Assembly (NCBI GenBank): GCA_000934665.2
Contig: KZ537979.1
Coordinates: 1 to 64,000 of the forward strand
DNA length: 64,000 nt
Reading direction: 5' to 3'
Source of the DNA: Catajapyx aquilonaris
Lineage: Eukaryota
The notes beneath the pieces are model-generated. The model had not been told where the DNA came from. It did not search any database and worked only from the letters and a program-made list of their open reading frames with translations. The position numbers and the translations under genes were made by a program. Below, piece by piece: positions 1 through 11,358 of the stretch. Within the stretch, counting starts at the first letter, position 1. Every line of letters begins with the position of its first letter.

Positions 1-1362
1 AGCAAAGCAAAGTCAGGAGTCCCTGGACAGAATTCGTCAGGCAGACGCTGCAGCTCATCGCTTAGCACGCCATCCTCTAACCCAATCCATTCCCGACTAA
101 GCTATTCATTTTCTGGAGGCCCGAGTAGTTCCACACTTCTGCGGACCGATGAATGTCATTTGCCACTTCTGTAAGTCCCGCAACTTTCTTACTGAACTTC
201 CTTCTGATGGTAAATTCACAACTTGCTGCCGCAAAGGAAAAGTCCGATTAGAGACACCTCCAGATGCTCACGGGAATCTCTTGCCTTATCCTCTTTTCCT
301 GCTTGACTTGATGTCCAATCCTGACAATCCTGATTATAGGAACTTCCGTGACAACATTCGCTCATACAATAGTGGGTCCCAATAGTGCTGTGTCGTTTGC
401 GTCCATGGGAGCCAAAGTGGTTGATTTCAGTGGTGCCGGACCTTACGTCTTCAAAGTCCGTGGTCAGATTTTCCACCGCACGAGTCACGTTCGACCAGTT
501 TATGGCTTAGCTCCTCAGTATGCTCAACTCTACGTCATCGACAGTACACAAGCTACGGAAATGCGAACTCCCTTCACAGTCTGTTGTCTATTACAGTTCC
601 GATTCAGTCGTTTCCGAGGATCCACACGACGCGACGTCCTCAATTTTCCACCAGAGTTTTTGCATGAACTCACTCCCTCAGGCATGCCGCCGCATAAGTT
701 ATTGTTGCTGAAACAAGGAGTGGTGGTGATGTTGCTAAGAAATCTCGATCCCAAACAAGGCCTCTGCAACGGCAGTCTCCTATTGGTCACTGGGCTCCAT
801 GCTAATTTCATTGCTGCCGAAATAGTGTCGGATTGCAATCGCGGTCATGTCGTTTTCTTGCCCCGAATTACCTTAGCTCCCAGTGACATCAATATGGCTT
901 TTGTTCTCAAACGCCGCCAGTTTCCTATCATTCCAGCTTATGCCATGACGATCAACAAGTCGCAGGGCCAGACTTTTGAGCACGTGGGCATTTACCTGGA
1001 TGAACCTGTCTTCTCACATGGCCAGCTGTATGTGGCACTGTCCCGGTCTCGCAACCCAAGTCAGGTCAAAGTATTCACTACTCCTACTGCTCAACAAGGA
1101 ACATGGCTCTCCAACAACAGAGTCTTTACACAGAATGTTGTATATCGCGAGGTTTTATGAAAAAGACTTTTCTCATGTCCGACTCAAGAAGTATAGCCTA
1201 CAGTATGTCCATTGATTCAATGCCACTAAATTTTTCAACCCCGTCTTACGACCAGATATACCCTATTTCTTAGTTGTCACTCCGCGAGCCCTCTCATTCC
1301 ATTTTTTCATTCCCATTGTCCTCATTGCAGGTTTTGCCAAATTTTGGCTACGGGTGCGCTAG
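1..1362 (+). mobile_element. Internally deleted Helitron (5' end lies left of the window), with intact 3' terminus
   Basis: Carries RepHel coding remnants. The 3' end has a GCCAAA-T-TTTGGC hairpin (1336-1348), a 10-nt spacer, then CTAG (1359-1362) followed by T, the canonical Helitron 3' signature. Confidence 0.88.
2..1160 (+). pseudogene. Helitron RepHel remnant: N-terminal Cys-rich region fused to C-terminal PIF1-family helicase segment
   Basis: HFCGPMNVICHFC...CCRKGKV...NIRSYNS/AVSFASMG...FKVRGQIFH...YAQLYVID is typical of the Helitron N-terminus. PEFL...PSGMPPHKL...VMLLRNL...GLCNG...RRQFPI..AYAMTINKSQGQT...VFSHGQLYVALSR...NVVYREVL is the PIF1 helicase C-terminus. Disrupted by a stop at 98-100, frameshifts near 375 and 630, and a large deletion near 565. 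Confidence 0.9.
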
Positions 1363-1385
1363 TAATAATAATAATAATCGTAGTT

Positions 1386-2256
1386 GGGTCATTCCATGTC
1401 AAGACAGACAACTTGGTGGCTTGACCATCTCATAATTTGATATAAAAATCATTGAAGTGTTGCCAAAAATAAAGTTAAGAGCCTCCCAGGTGAAAATCCC
1501 ACGGAGATATGGCAACGTCTTTCAGCAACAATGGAGCCGGAAGGACCATTATTCAGGTGAAGTTATTGTTGTACCCTCATGTTCATATTATATCAAATGA
1601 ACTGACGTAAGATGAGGAACATTTTGGTGGCAACGGGTTAGCCTAGATTGTAAAATTAAAATGCTAAAAAAAAATCGCATTATTGTGCAAAACGGACAAT
1701 TTCATATGGTCCAATGTCTTTGTTAAATACATGCTAAGCGTGTGGAATGAATATGGTAGGTACATTGTCATCTGATCATCAGTAGTCATTACCAGGGTCA
1801 CCTACATGAGTGCCTCCCCCACCTAGACAGGGTATTGTCTCTCCGCCATATTGGAGCTAAGTCAGATAGGAGCTACATGCAGTGAAAAAAAAACAATTGA
1901 AAAAAACAAAAACGAATCGCTTGCCAATTCCCTATCCTGCAGCACGGGGCGGCCATATTGGAGCTAGATTGCATAAGGACTACGTGAAGATAATACCCTG
2001 GTTATGGTGGGGGAGGCAACCATGTAGGGGACCCTGGTCATTACTACTGCAGGACAACATCAAGGTCAAGCAAACTTGGAGATAATAAATCTGAAATGTC
2101 GGAAAAAGCCCTCTATAGGCTACTCCACGTTATTTGATGTTGCGAGTGAACCATTCATGGTAAGTGAACAGTTCTTATACCGCTATGTTATGCATGAAAA
2201 GACGTTTCTGCGATAACTTAAAAATTGACCCAGCCCCTCACTGAGAAGAATGACCC
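1386..2256. mobile_element. Probable non-autonomous DNA transposon with short GGGTCATTC terminal inverted repeats
   Basis: GGGTCATTC at 1386 and GAATGACCC ending at 2256. Its interior recurs in inverted orientation at 2284-2556, showing it is repetitive. No clear TSD. Confidence 0.4.
1780..2049. mobile_element. MITE-like 270-bp segment with ~44-bp imperfect TIRs
   Basis: CAGTAGTCATTACCAGGGTCACCTACATGAGTGCCTCCCCCACC (from 1780) matches the reverse complement of 2006-2049. Internal direct repeat GCCATATTGGAGCTA. Most of the segment is absent from the inverted sister copy at 2284-2556. Confidence 0.55.
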
Positions 2257-2283
2257 CAAAGATGACCAAATTAGCGGAAAACA

Positions 2284-2556
2284 GACATTTCAGAAGTTTT
2301 ATTTCCAAGACTGCTTGACCTGTGATGTTGTCCTTCGACAGTATAGTAATGATCAGATGACAATGTATTCCTACCATATTAATTCCACACCCTTAGCATG
2401 TGTTTAACCATGACATTGGACAATATGAAATGTGTCCGTTTTGCTCAATAATGCGATTTTTTTTAACATTTTTATTTTACAATCTAGGTTAAACCAGTTG
2501 GCACCAAAATGTTCCTCATCTCACGACAGTTCATTTGATATCATTTATATGAACAT
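2284..2556 (-). repeat. Inverted partial copy of 1579-1779 + 2038-2100
   Basis: Reverse complement aligns by eye over ~270 bp, e.g. AAATGAACTG...GATGAGGAACATTTTGGTG...CCTAGATTGTAAAAT...AAAATCGCATTATTG...CAAAACGGACA. Confidence 0.85.
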
Positions 2557-2606
2557 TAAACTAACTTGTGATACGTTCTTGACCAATTTAGTTCGCATTA
2601 CAAGTT

Positions 2607-2849
2607 GGGTGCAATACTGCCCTAACCCTTTTTTTCACACGCGGCCACCTTATTTTCTTCATTCTTAGAGTGGGTGGTGCATCATCATCATCATAATAGC
2701 ACGTAAATGTTCCTTATTAGTGCCTTGTATATTGGGGTAGAAATGAAAATTGTCCCATGGAAAATGTGATTTATGGGTCATCTCAAACTTTCAAATGCGT
2801 TTTTCTCGAAATCAGGTTTGGGAGGGTTAGGGCAGTATTGCACCGACCC
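2607..2849. mobile_element. MITE with 21-bp perfect inverted termini
   Basis: GGTGCAATACTGCCCTAACCC (2608-2628) is the exact reverse complement of GGGTTAGGGCAGTATTGCACC (2824-2844). Interior is non-coding. Confidence 0.65.
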
Positions 2850-3111
2850 CTTCAATTATACAGGGTCGTGGGCGGAAAGTCACCGTACCCGTCACATGCG
2901 GTATGGTGAAGGTATAAAATATCATTTCAATACTTACTCGTATAACCATCTCAACCATGTTCTTGGATAAGGAGGATAAGATAGGTGATAAGGGTGATTC
3001 AGTACAAATGAATAGTATAATTACAAATGCATATAGCTCCGTACCTATCAACCGCACATGAACGTGTTATACACCAAATGAAAGAGGAGGTTTTGAGGTT
3101 TATTTCATACC

Positions 3112-3434
3112 TTATAAATGTTCTATATGACTTCCCTTGGTCACTCGAGAAACGTCGATCCGATAGTGCAATTCCTCCCATACTCGTGCCAGCATGTCCG
3201 TTGTCACTGACTCAACCGCAGCAACAATGCGATGTTTGAGTTCATCCAGGGTTGTTGGCATCGGTGGCTCGTACACAGCATCCTTAACGTGCCCCCAAAG
3301 GAAGAAGTCGCATGGCGTCAAATCCGGCGACCTTGGGGGCCGGCAGTAAAGCGACAAGTCTTGCTGGTCACTGCGACCTATCCAACGACGAAGGAGCACA
3401 TTGTTCAGAAACTGGCGAACATCTGAATGCCAGT
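3112..3434 (-). pseudogene. Mariner-like (DDxD-type) transposase C-terminal fragment
   Basis: HWHSDVRQFLN...WIGR...PPRSPDLTPCDFFLWGHVKDAVY...LDELKHRI...GSHIEHL*. The third catalytic residue is D (DLTPCD), not the E of Tc1 DLNPIE. Confidence 0.9.
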
Positions 3435-3541
3435 GCATTGTTGCTGCGGTTGAGTCAGTGACAACGGACATGCTGGCACGAGTATGGGAGGAATTGCACT
3501 ATCGGATCGACGTTTCTCGAGTGACCAAGGGAAATCATATA

Positions 3542-4232
3542 CAGGGTGGTTGTGAAGTAACTGCCTATTGGAAATGTGTAATAAAATTGTCAAATATTGT
3601 TCGATTTTCATGAAACAAGTTTTATTCTGTACCTTACAATGGGAGAATTTAAACTCCCACCAGTATGCAACTCCACGGCCCCAGGTGGCAGCAGCAGTCC
3701 CGATACCAGTAAAAATGGCGCAGCTGGCGTCCCGTTTTGAAGTCGGGGGTCGGTGGTTAAAGTGCAGAGATGGTGGCGATACATACACGGACCTCGTGCC
3801 ACAGTTCACCCGAGGACCATAAAGAACTGCCATTTGAAACTGATGAGCACGGAATCCGTGATGGACAGCCATAGGAGTGGTCGTCCGTCGACATCGAGGA
3901 CAGAGGAAAACGTGGCACTGCGATGGTTCGCCCATATCAGCTTCGAATGGCAGTTACTTATGGTCCTCGGATGAACTGTGGCACGAGGTCCGTGTATGTA
4001 TCGCCACCATCTCTGCACTTTAACCACCGACCCCCGACTTCAAAACGGGACGCCAGCTGCGCCATTTTTACTGGTATCGGGACTGCTGCTGGCACCTGGG
4101 GCCGTGGAGTTGCATACTGGTTTAAATTCTCCCATTGTAAGGTACAGAATAAAACTTGTTTCATGAAAATCGAACAATATTTGACAATTTTATTACACAT
4201 TTCCAATAGGCAGTTACTTTACAACCACCCTG
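3542..4232. mobile_element. Palindromic mariner-like derivative made of two 5' ends (inner element), TA target-site duplication
   Basis: CAGGGTGGTTG at 3542 and CAACCACCCTG ending 4232, with TA on both sides (3540-41, 4233-34). Arms 3542-~3845 and ~3935-4232 are near-perfect inverted repeats. ATG at 3715; the centre encodes the N-terminal transposase motif STESVMDSHRSGRPSTSRTEENV. Confidence 0.9.
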
Positions 4233-4558
4233 TAGAACATTTATAAGGCATGAAAAAAACTTTAAAACCTCCTCTTTCATTTGGTGTATAACACGTTCAT
4301 GTACGGTTGATAGGTACGGAGCTATATGCATTTGTAATCATACTATTCATTTGTAATCACCCTGTATATTGAAGGAGGACATAGGATGGAACCAGTAGCG
4401 GTTGTCAGATTGTGCTAGTAGCTATGCATTCAATGAACTGAACGAATCTTTTATTTTTGACACGGAATCAATATTTGATCCCCACGCCATTAGACTATGC
4501 CCAATTTCATGTAGCTTACAGCTTCAAAGTTATGCCATCTATATATCAGCAATAGTTT

Positions 4559-4670
4559 AGGGTGGAATTTTCGTCCCACTGCTAGTTATTACTAACTTAG
4601 CAGGACCAATGCATTACACTGGTCCTGCTAAGGTTAGCAGTAACTAGCAGTGAGATGAAAATTTCACCCT
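4559..4670. repeat. 112-bp near-perfect palindrome (MITE-like)
   Basis: AGGGTGGAATTTTCGTCCCACTGCTAGTTATTACTAACTTAGCAGGACCA pairs with TGGTCCTGCTAAGGTTAGCAGTAACTAGCAGTGAGATGAAAATTTCACCCT around a short loop. Confidence 0.8.
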
Positions 4671-4720
4671 TTGAATCTAATTGTACAGGTATCGTAGCTT
4701 CTACGCGTCAGGTTGGCAAT

Positions 4721-5719
4721 CAGGGGCGTAACAAGAATCTTTGGGGGCCCTTGTGCAGAAAGGTACGTGGGGCCCCCTCCACTTCATCATTCGTGTGTCT
4801 TGCACGTTGTAACTAGCAACTTACACATTACATCGAAATGACAATATCACTTACCGTAGAACCCCGATTATCCGTCACCCACGGCACGGGACCGGGGCAC
4901 GCCGGAGCATGGTTGGAACACAAAAAAGGTCGGATAATTCCAGGAGCATGACATTTGACATATAGTCTACTTACCTTGTATGATGCCAAACAAGATAAGT
5001 ACAAGAAGTACCCTGTTTACGCCGTTTCACATTAACGCCGGTTATTAAATTACATTTGAAATATTTTTATCGAAAATTTCAGACAAATTTGAAGATTACA
5101 ACACCGGCAATCTAAACATAAACACATGACCGTGAATGCTCTTCTTTTATGTTTGAGGAGGGGCCTTGTGCGGCATTATGGCAGGTTCTATCGATCTATA
5201 TATACAGTACTGTATTGTTGGTCTCGGTACTCCCCGAAGTACTCTAACCGTTGTTAAATACACAACGTGTAGGCTACTGCAATTCTTGCCAAAATAAGGA
5301 AAGGAGCCCTCAGAACCCGATGTCCCTCAACCTGGAACATCCCTTTAATGATGGATCCATGTTCCAAATATTCGGCATTAACAACAGCAATATTAATACT
5401 GACTATGGAAAATGTGTGCAAAATTTGGAACCTATCTCATTTACAGTAAGCGAGATCGGGGTCGGTTGTAATACTTTTTAGTCTGCATTTTAAAATTCAG
5501 TTATATATGCATTAGGCAAAGGTTTATGACATGGTGGAAATAAGGCAACATTCCTTTTTGTAAAATTAACATTGTAAAATCACAATATTAAAAATTGATA
5601 TATTTATCAATATTTCTCCAAGGCAAGGCAAGGTGTTACAACTGACCAAACTCGTCCGAGAATTCGGGGGCCCTGGTGCGGTCGTACCACCTGCGCCTAT
5701 TATGGTAGTTAGGCGCCTG
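4721..5719. mobile_element. Possible decayed non-autonomous TIR element (hAT-like ends)
   Basis: CAGGGGCGTAAC at 4721 and GTTAGGCGCCTG ending 5719, with subterminal GGGGGCCC motifs at both ends. No matching TSD seen. Confidence 0.35.
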
Positions 5720-6866
5720 GTCATAGGGTCTTAGGGGGCAAGTCACTCTTGTTGCATCTTTCAGCACTTGGTGTGGCCTATCTATGCCCAAAATTTGATG
5801 ACAATCGGTTGGAATCTGACGAGTTGACCTCGGTCCCTCAATAAAGGGGTCACAGGTTCATTTTGAGCAGGTCACTTTGGGTGCGTCTTTGTTGATATTT
5901 GCCAAATATAAAACTATTTTAGTTGCAAGACGCGTACCGTAAGAGTAGTCACCTCAATTAGGAATACATACATATAAGACAGTGGTAATGATCCTAACGA
6001 TTGTGACCCAGGCGAAGTTTCAACCCATCCTTTGTAAGGAAATACATACACGTATAGCCTACTGTAAAGATATATATTTTTTACCATTTTCTAATTTTCG
6101 CTCTTGTGTGTCCGGATTGCAACATGGAAGGAGTTTTGATGTTATGGAATTTCGAACGATTGCATTAAATATTTGGGTGTTTATCCTGTCTCTTATAATA
6201 AAACACAAGGCCGGTTTCTCAAGGTACTTCACACAAGGTATGTATGTCCGGCTACCTAATACACTTCCCGACTACTGAGAGTGCTGAACCTTGGTACTAT
6301 TACACTGACGGCAAACCTGCATGTGATTGAGAAAAAAAAGTCCGAAAACTGCTCTTTTTAAAGACTAAATGCCGATAATATTATTTATTTGGTTTGGAGG
6401 GAGCTTCCCAACCCGCATCCGATCACCGAAGTTAACCCTTAAGCTTGCCCTTAAGTAGTATCACGGGGTCATTTTTGACCCCAAGCTTACGAAAATTAAC
6501 AGTGTCGAGTTACTGATTAATATATTAAAAGCCAAATGCTTTTGTGTCCTCAAACATATCTTTGCCTAGATGTCTTTGAGAATGAAAAAAAAAAAAATCA
6601 GCGCCCTCAAAAAAGAGCTATAATCACGGTGGGGTGCGTCTGGGGTCCAAAACGACGCCTTGGTACTAGCTACGTATGGATTCCTCATTACTCTTGCATT
6701 CATGTCTTCAAGTGGGCCTCTTCTAGTCTCATTCATAAGATCATTGCATCTTATAAATAATAATTCATACCCCGTTATCAGCCATCGGCTCTTTAGGGGG
6801 GAAATTTGATTTGCCTGGAACTCTTTGCTTTTCATTTTACTATGCTCTTTGGGACAGGATAGGGAC

Positions 6867-7010
6867 GGAAGGAAGCGGCTGTGGCCTATTAATTATGGAA
6901 GAAACTCCGGAATTTTCCTGGAAGGACCGTGGGAAACCACAGAAAACCACGGTCAGAGTTGCCGGACCCGGGATTTGATCCCAGGACCTCCCGATTAGCA
7001 GTCGGACACC
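6867..7010 (-). mobile_element. tRNA-derived SINE fragment
   Basis: Minus strand has a B-box-like GGGATCAAATCCCGG. The body (plus strand GGAAGGAAGCGGCTGTGGCCTA...GGAATTTTCCTGGAAGGAC...GAAAACCACG) resembles, from recall, widespread insect tRNA-SINEs. Confidence 0.6.
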
Positions 7011-7332
7011 ATATCCCCTCCTCCAAACTGCTTCGGTAGATCATTGCATCTTTCTCGGTTCACAAACTTTTGAATTTGCAACTTCATATTGCCCATAACA
7101 TATTGCCCATATGCATATCTCAGTTTCAGTTTCAGAAGCTTCGGAAAAAATAGTTGTGATTTACTTTTCGATTCACCTTCGACTTTGCATTGAATTTCCC
7201 TCTGACATCGCGTCGCTTTGCCGTCTGCTATATTCACTCACCTCTGGAGTTGCCAATGCACAGTAATGCTAATGGTATTCCTTCCCACGTAACACGTAAT
7301 GTTGATCAAATTTACTAACTTCGAGTCTGATG

Positions 7333-7499
7333 CAGAGTTTCTCAAACTGTTTTGATCGCGGGCCATTTTGGGAGGGAAAAAGACCCACTGACCAGCTTTT
7401 ATGTAAGGAAATTTCAGTCGCCAGTAATTAAGTTGGCCCTATGTAATATAAATCATTGAACAGTTCGTGGCCCACCAGTCCCACTTTTGAGAGCCACTA
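7333..7499. mobile_element. hAT/Charlie-like MITE remnant
   Basis: Ends CAGAGTTTCTCAAA...TTTGAGAGCCACTA. Flanks GTCTGATG (7325-7332) and GTCTAAAG (7500-7507) match at 6/8, like a decayed 8-bp NTCTAGAN-type TSD. Confidence 0.55.
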
Positions 7500-8001
7500 G
7501 TCTAAAGGAATATAAATTATGCAATCAGGCAGTGACCATTGATTAATCACCCTGATAAAATCAGCAGTCATGGAAGTCAAGTTAGACCAATTCCCCTCCT
7601 CGAGATCAGTTTTGACCTAGTTGAGAGACCCATTAACCGAGCATTGCACATTCTATTTGACTTCCTCATACACAAGGTCCCATCACCTGAGAGGCACAGA
7701 GGAGCGCCAACAGCAGACAAGTGAGGACGTCAGTTTGGACCAACTTTTCGCCATGTCCTTCCGACCCACCACTGAGCCAGCACACGGTATGATTAAAATA
7801 ATTTTTGCACCCAGTCTGGAGTTAGGCATGACTGTTACAACCTAGCTGAAAATGTTTTCTGGCATTGTAGATCTGTGATGAAACCATGTTTTATTGAGAA
7901 TAATGTCTGAGCCCTCCCTGCCACGTTAAATATAGGTAAAGGCTATAAACTATTTTCAGAACATTCATCAACATCTGGGGAACCCGGCCTGTTCCAATTC
8001 C

Positions 8002-8630
8002 ATGCTGTACATTTCGGAACTACCACGCAACAGTCTTCGGCAATCTTCAGCTTTGGCCATTCTACCGCAACCCCTCAGCCTTTCGTGGACACCTCTTCAT
8101 CAGCCTCACACCATTCCCAGAGGGTCACAGCGTCTCAACATCCAAAACCCACAAAGTCCCAACCCACAACCCCAACACGAGAGCACCAAGAGTTAAACAC
8201 CGCATCAGTGTGTGCACTGGGGTCAATGACAGTGCAGGAGATTGTCAACCGTACAAGGGAGATGTTTGAAGTCTTGAAGAATTTGCCGCTGCCAAATGGA
8301 ACTTCCGCTTCCCAGAAGACTTGCCAAGAAATGAAGGTCAAAATTCAAGAGCAGCTGAAAGGTATCAGGGTGCTGTTTAGGAATCTGAGGATGATGTATG
8401 ACAAGTGTGAAGTGATCCAGTATGATGCTGAAAGCTTGATTCGGTATGTGGAGGTTACGACGAGGATTCAAGGACAGGAAAAAACGAAGCAGTCAGTTAT
8501 CAGGGAGAAGTTGATGTTGGTTGAGCAATTAGAGGAAAGAAATAGGGAACTCAAAAAAATTATTGATATTCTCCGGAAGACCATATGGGATATCAATATC
8601 ATGCTGGAAATGAAGGGAAATGGCCAGTGA
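8002..8630 (+). pseudogene. MED30: Intronless, divergent Mediator complex subunit 30 copy (probable retrocopy; frameshift near 8180, conserved domain open 8085-8630, first in-frame ATG 8226)
   Basis: ELNTASVCALGSMTVQEIVNRTREMFEVLK...PNG...KIQEQLKGIRVLFRNLRMMYDKC...ESLI...NRELKKIIDILRKTIWDINIML follows the MED30 pattern (NTASLCRIGQETVQDIV...LFKRLRLIYEKC...IWEINTML). The Q/P-rich leader (QNPQSPNPQPQ) is in a different frame, from ATG 8002. Confidence 0.8.
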
Positions 8631-8725
8631 ACTTTTTCAGCTGACGTGTATGTACTGCAGGGCAACTGAAATGTTTAGACATGACGCCTTTTATGTAGTT
8701 AAGCAAATGTGTTTGTGACTCATAA

Positions 8726-8731
8726 AATAAA
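8726..8731 (+). terminator. Candidate polyadenylation signal of the MED30-like copy
   Basis: AATAAA ~95 nt after the stop at 8630. Confidence 0.35.
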
Positions 8732-11358
8732 ATGTGCAGGAAATATTTTTGATATTATAAACTAATGCCATTATGCTGCTTTTACATGTCCTGGAGCAGG
8801 ATAAAAGTGTATCAAAGCTGTCTTGCAGCATGGTCAAATTTTTAATAAAACATATTTAGCATATTTTTTGCCCCCTCCTCATTTGATGCGGCCAATTAAA
8901 ATCACCGTACTTCCAGCAAATATACCAAGCATTCCAGGACTGCAATATATTCGACTCTTTCCTAGCAGTACACTTGGTCAAGTGCAAGAGCTATCTAGGC
9001 GTGATCTAGGGTAAACTATTTCATTTGTGCCCAGAACAGGTAGTAGGTTCGAAAATCACAAGCATGGTGAGCCTTTTAGCAGGATAACACTAAGCCATTG
9101 ATTGTGGCGACAAAGATAGGCAGTCGAGTGACAGGAATGCAATTACCGTGCCTTTACCTACAGTTACAACGCTGTAGGACGAGGCAGCCGCTGGAATTTC
9201 AGGAATCAGGACAATCCACAAATACTCGCACGGTCTTTTCTGCACATTTTCAAATAACATCACCGAGATTTTCAGCTCCGCTAGTGGCCTACACAAGACG
9301 GCAGTAGTCAACAGTGTGGGGGACATCGGATCCTGTGCAAAGCGTGATCTAATGTGCACGAGTGAAATGTCTACAGGGTGGAAGCAACAATCAGGTTCAA
9401 TTCTAACCTTGAACTTGGGGCAACACATTTCGGTATTTTGACCCAGATGAAAAATACAATCCGTCGTGCTTAGCAGAAAAGAACACCAAATCAGTTTCCA
9501 AGTACAACATTACACCCTCATTACACTTGTTCCACTGAATACGGACCATTGTCTGCTGATAAGGTACTCCAGATGGAATGTTCTGCATGGAAACTGTCTG
9601 AACAATTGTCATTCGCATCCTTTTTATTGGACATAAAAAACGCTAAACCCTGTATTTACAAAGTGATCGAAGTCCCGGATTGACACTCTTTCCTGTACTG
9701 TACACGAGTATCTAAGAGATACAAAGTGGCAAGTTCCAGTGTGTCCTTTTTGTGGCTGCATAACAAAACATAATAAACACAAAACATAACTGCTTGCTGC
9801 TGGTTGCAAACATTTTCGGCGGGATCAAAGGGGCTGGGGGGGGGGGGGGNTCAAGGGGAGGGTATAGCGGCGAAGGAGCCAAAAATCCACCTATTGTGGC
9901 CAACAGATCAATTTGGCCACTATAAAGCGCCGACAGAAAGAAATTTTTTTTACGTTTTATATCTCTTACAAATGGCTCCTTCCTCTTAACATCTCTGGGA
10001 ATGCAAGCCTCACTTCATACCCACGTAAAAGAAATGAGAGTACCCTCCAACTAAAACAAAAGGGACCGTACAGAATACTGTATAACAGTAAGAGTCGCAC
10101 GATGCACCAACAAAATTGGCAAGACGCATCACTCCCACGCGCAAAGAGAAGGCGAGGGGCACTTAACAATGATTAATTATTATAATCGCGTATGTTGTTC
10201 GTGATTTGTTTTCTTTATTTTTGGCAATGGAGATAGGGAGGGGGTATATAGGGTTTTGTCCAAGCCGAGTACTGAAGCAACACATGGGTCATTAGCACTG
10301 ATCGCACTATGTTCATATTCACAACACTATCCTCATTACAGTGAACGACGAGCCATGTTTTCGTATTAAGTGATCCGATTCGAAAAACAAATTTACACAA
10401 ACGTTACATGTAAAGCAATGTCAATTAATTTGAAAATGGGGGAAACCCACGTGAATAGCCAATGATGTGACACCTGGAACGAAAAGTGTTGACTTTGAGC
10501 CGATTTTTCATCGGCTCGCTGTTTATCCACCTCAAAACACCAAGGGTATGCACGGAAGCTTAGTTTTGTTGAGCACGAGGATCATGGTGGCAATGTGTAG
10601 GCCTACCACAGCATATCACATTTGCCACTCTTGGAAGAGTGTAGGTATTGGCTTGGGCAAAGAAACGAAGAGACAGTCACATCGCTGGCGTGAGGACAAC
10701 AAGAGAAAGTATAAGCTTCAGCACTCGGAGAGGATCTTCATATTCCAACAAGCAACTAGTGAACCCCACCTAGCCCCACCTATTCCCACCAAGCTGTGCC
10801 CCACGCTTCCTTTCCAGAAGGCCACGAGTACAACAGGAACAACCTAAGGAACAAGAAGGGTGTGGGGGAGCATGGGATAAACAAAGAAACATAAATCCAC
10901 AGGGTGGAGGGCGCTTCTCTCTTTCACGGTGCCACACCACAAGTCTATCTTTACAGCTGGGTTCAGATGTTTCCATCCAATGGTACCAGCGCCGTCCATC
11001 TACTTGCAGTGTACTTGGGGTGTCCCAGTTCACCTGGAAGTTGACGCAACCGAAGACCGCCACTGATTCCAACTTTCTGTCTGACGCTCTAATAATTCAC
11101 ACACCGGTTTCAGGTACAACATCCCAAGTCTGTCCCGACTGCACTTGGAATTGGCGCTTTCGGAAAAGACTTTCTTTTTTTGTGTTGCGATCAACTCCAG
11201 GACAGTCCCCAAGTACACCATGGAAGCTCTGGGTGACTTCTGCCCCACACCATCCATAACTCTTCTATACACGTGCCGGAAGTATAAATACTGTAGCACA
11301 AAGACAGGGGCGGAGTCCTATGTGTATGTACTGTACACCATTTACACACTTGTATTGA

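Larger units (their letters stand above)
2991..4364. mobile_element. Palindromic Tc1/mariner-superfamily derivative made of two transposase 3' ends (outer element)
   Basis: Left arm 2991-3230 is the reverse complement of 3435-3541 + 4235-4364. Termini (C)AGGGTGATT...AATCACCCTG are flanked by TA. Both arms include the last transposase codons (..VTKG[S/N]HIEHL*). Confidence 0.88.

Noticed and set aside
3405..4246. Mirror-image ORF pairs on both strands
   Set aside because: A direct consequence of the palindromic element, not genes.
6432..6680. TTAACCC... with GGGGTCATTTTTGACCCC hairpin, suggesting a piggyBac-like MITE
   Set aside because: No matching right terminus with TTAA found.
9090..9618. 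Two overlapping minus-strand ORFs (71 and 112 aa) that could be a decayed gene
   Set aside because: No family motif I can confidently recognise and no splice support; would need a profile search.
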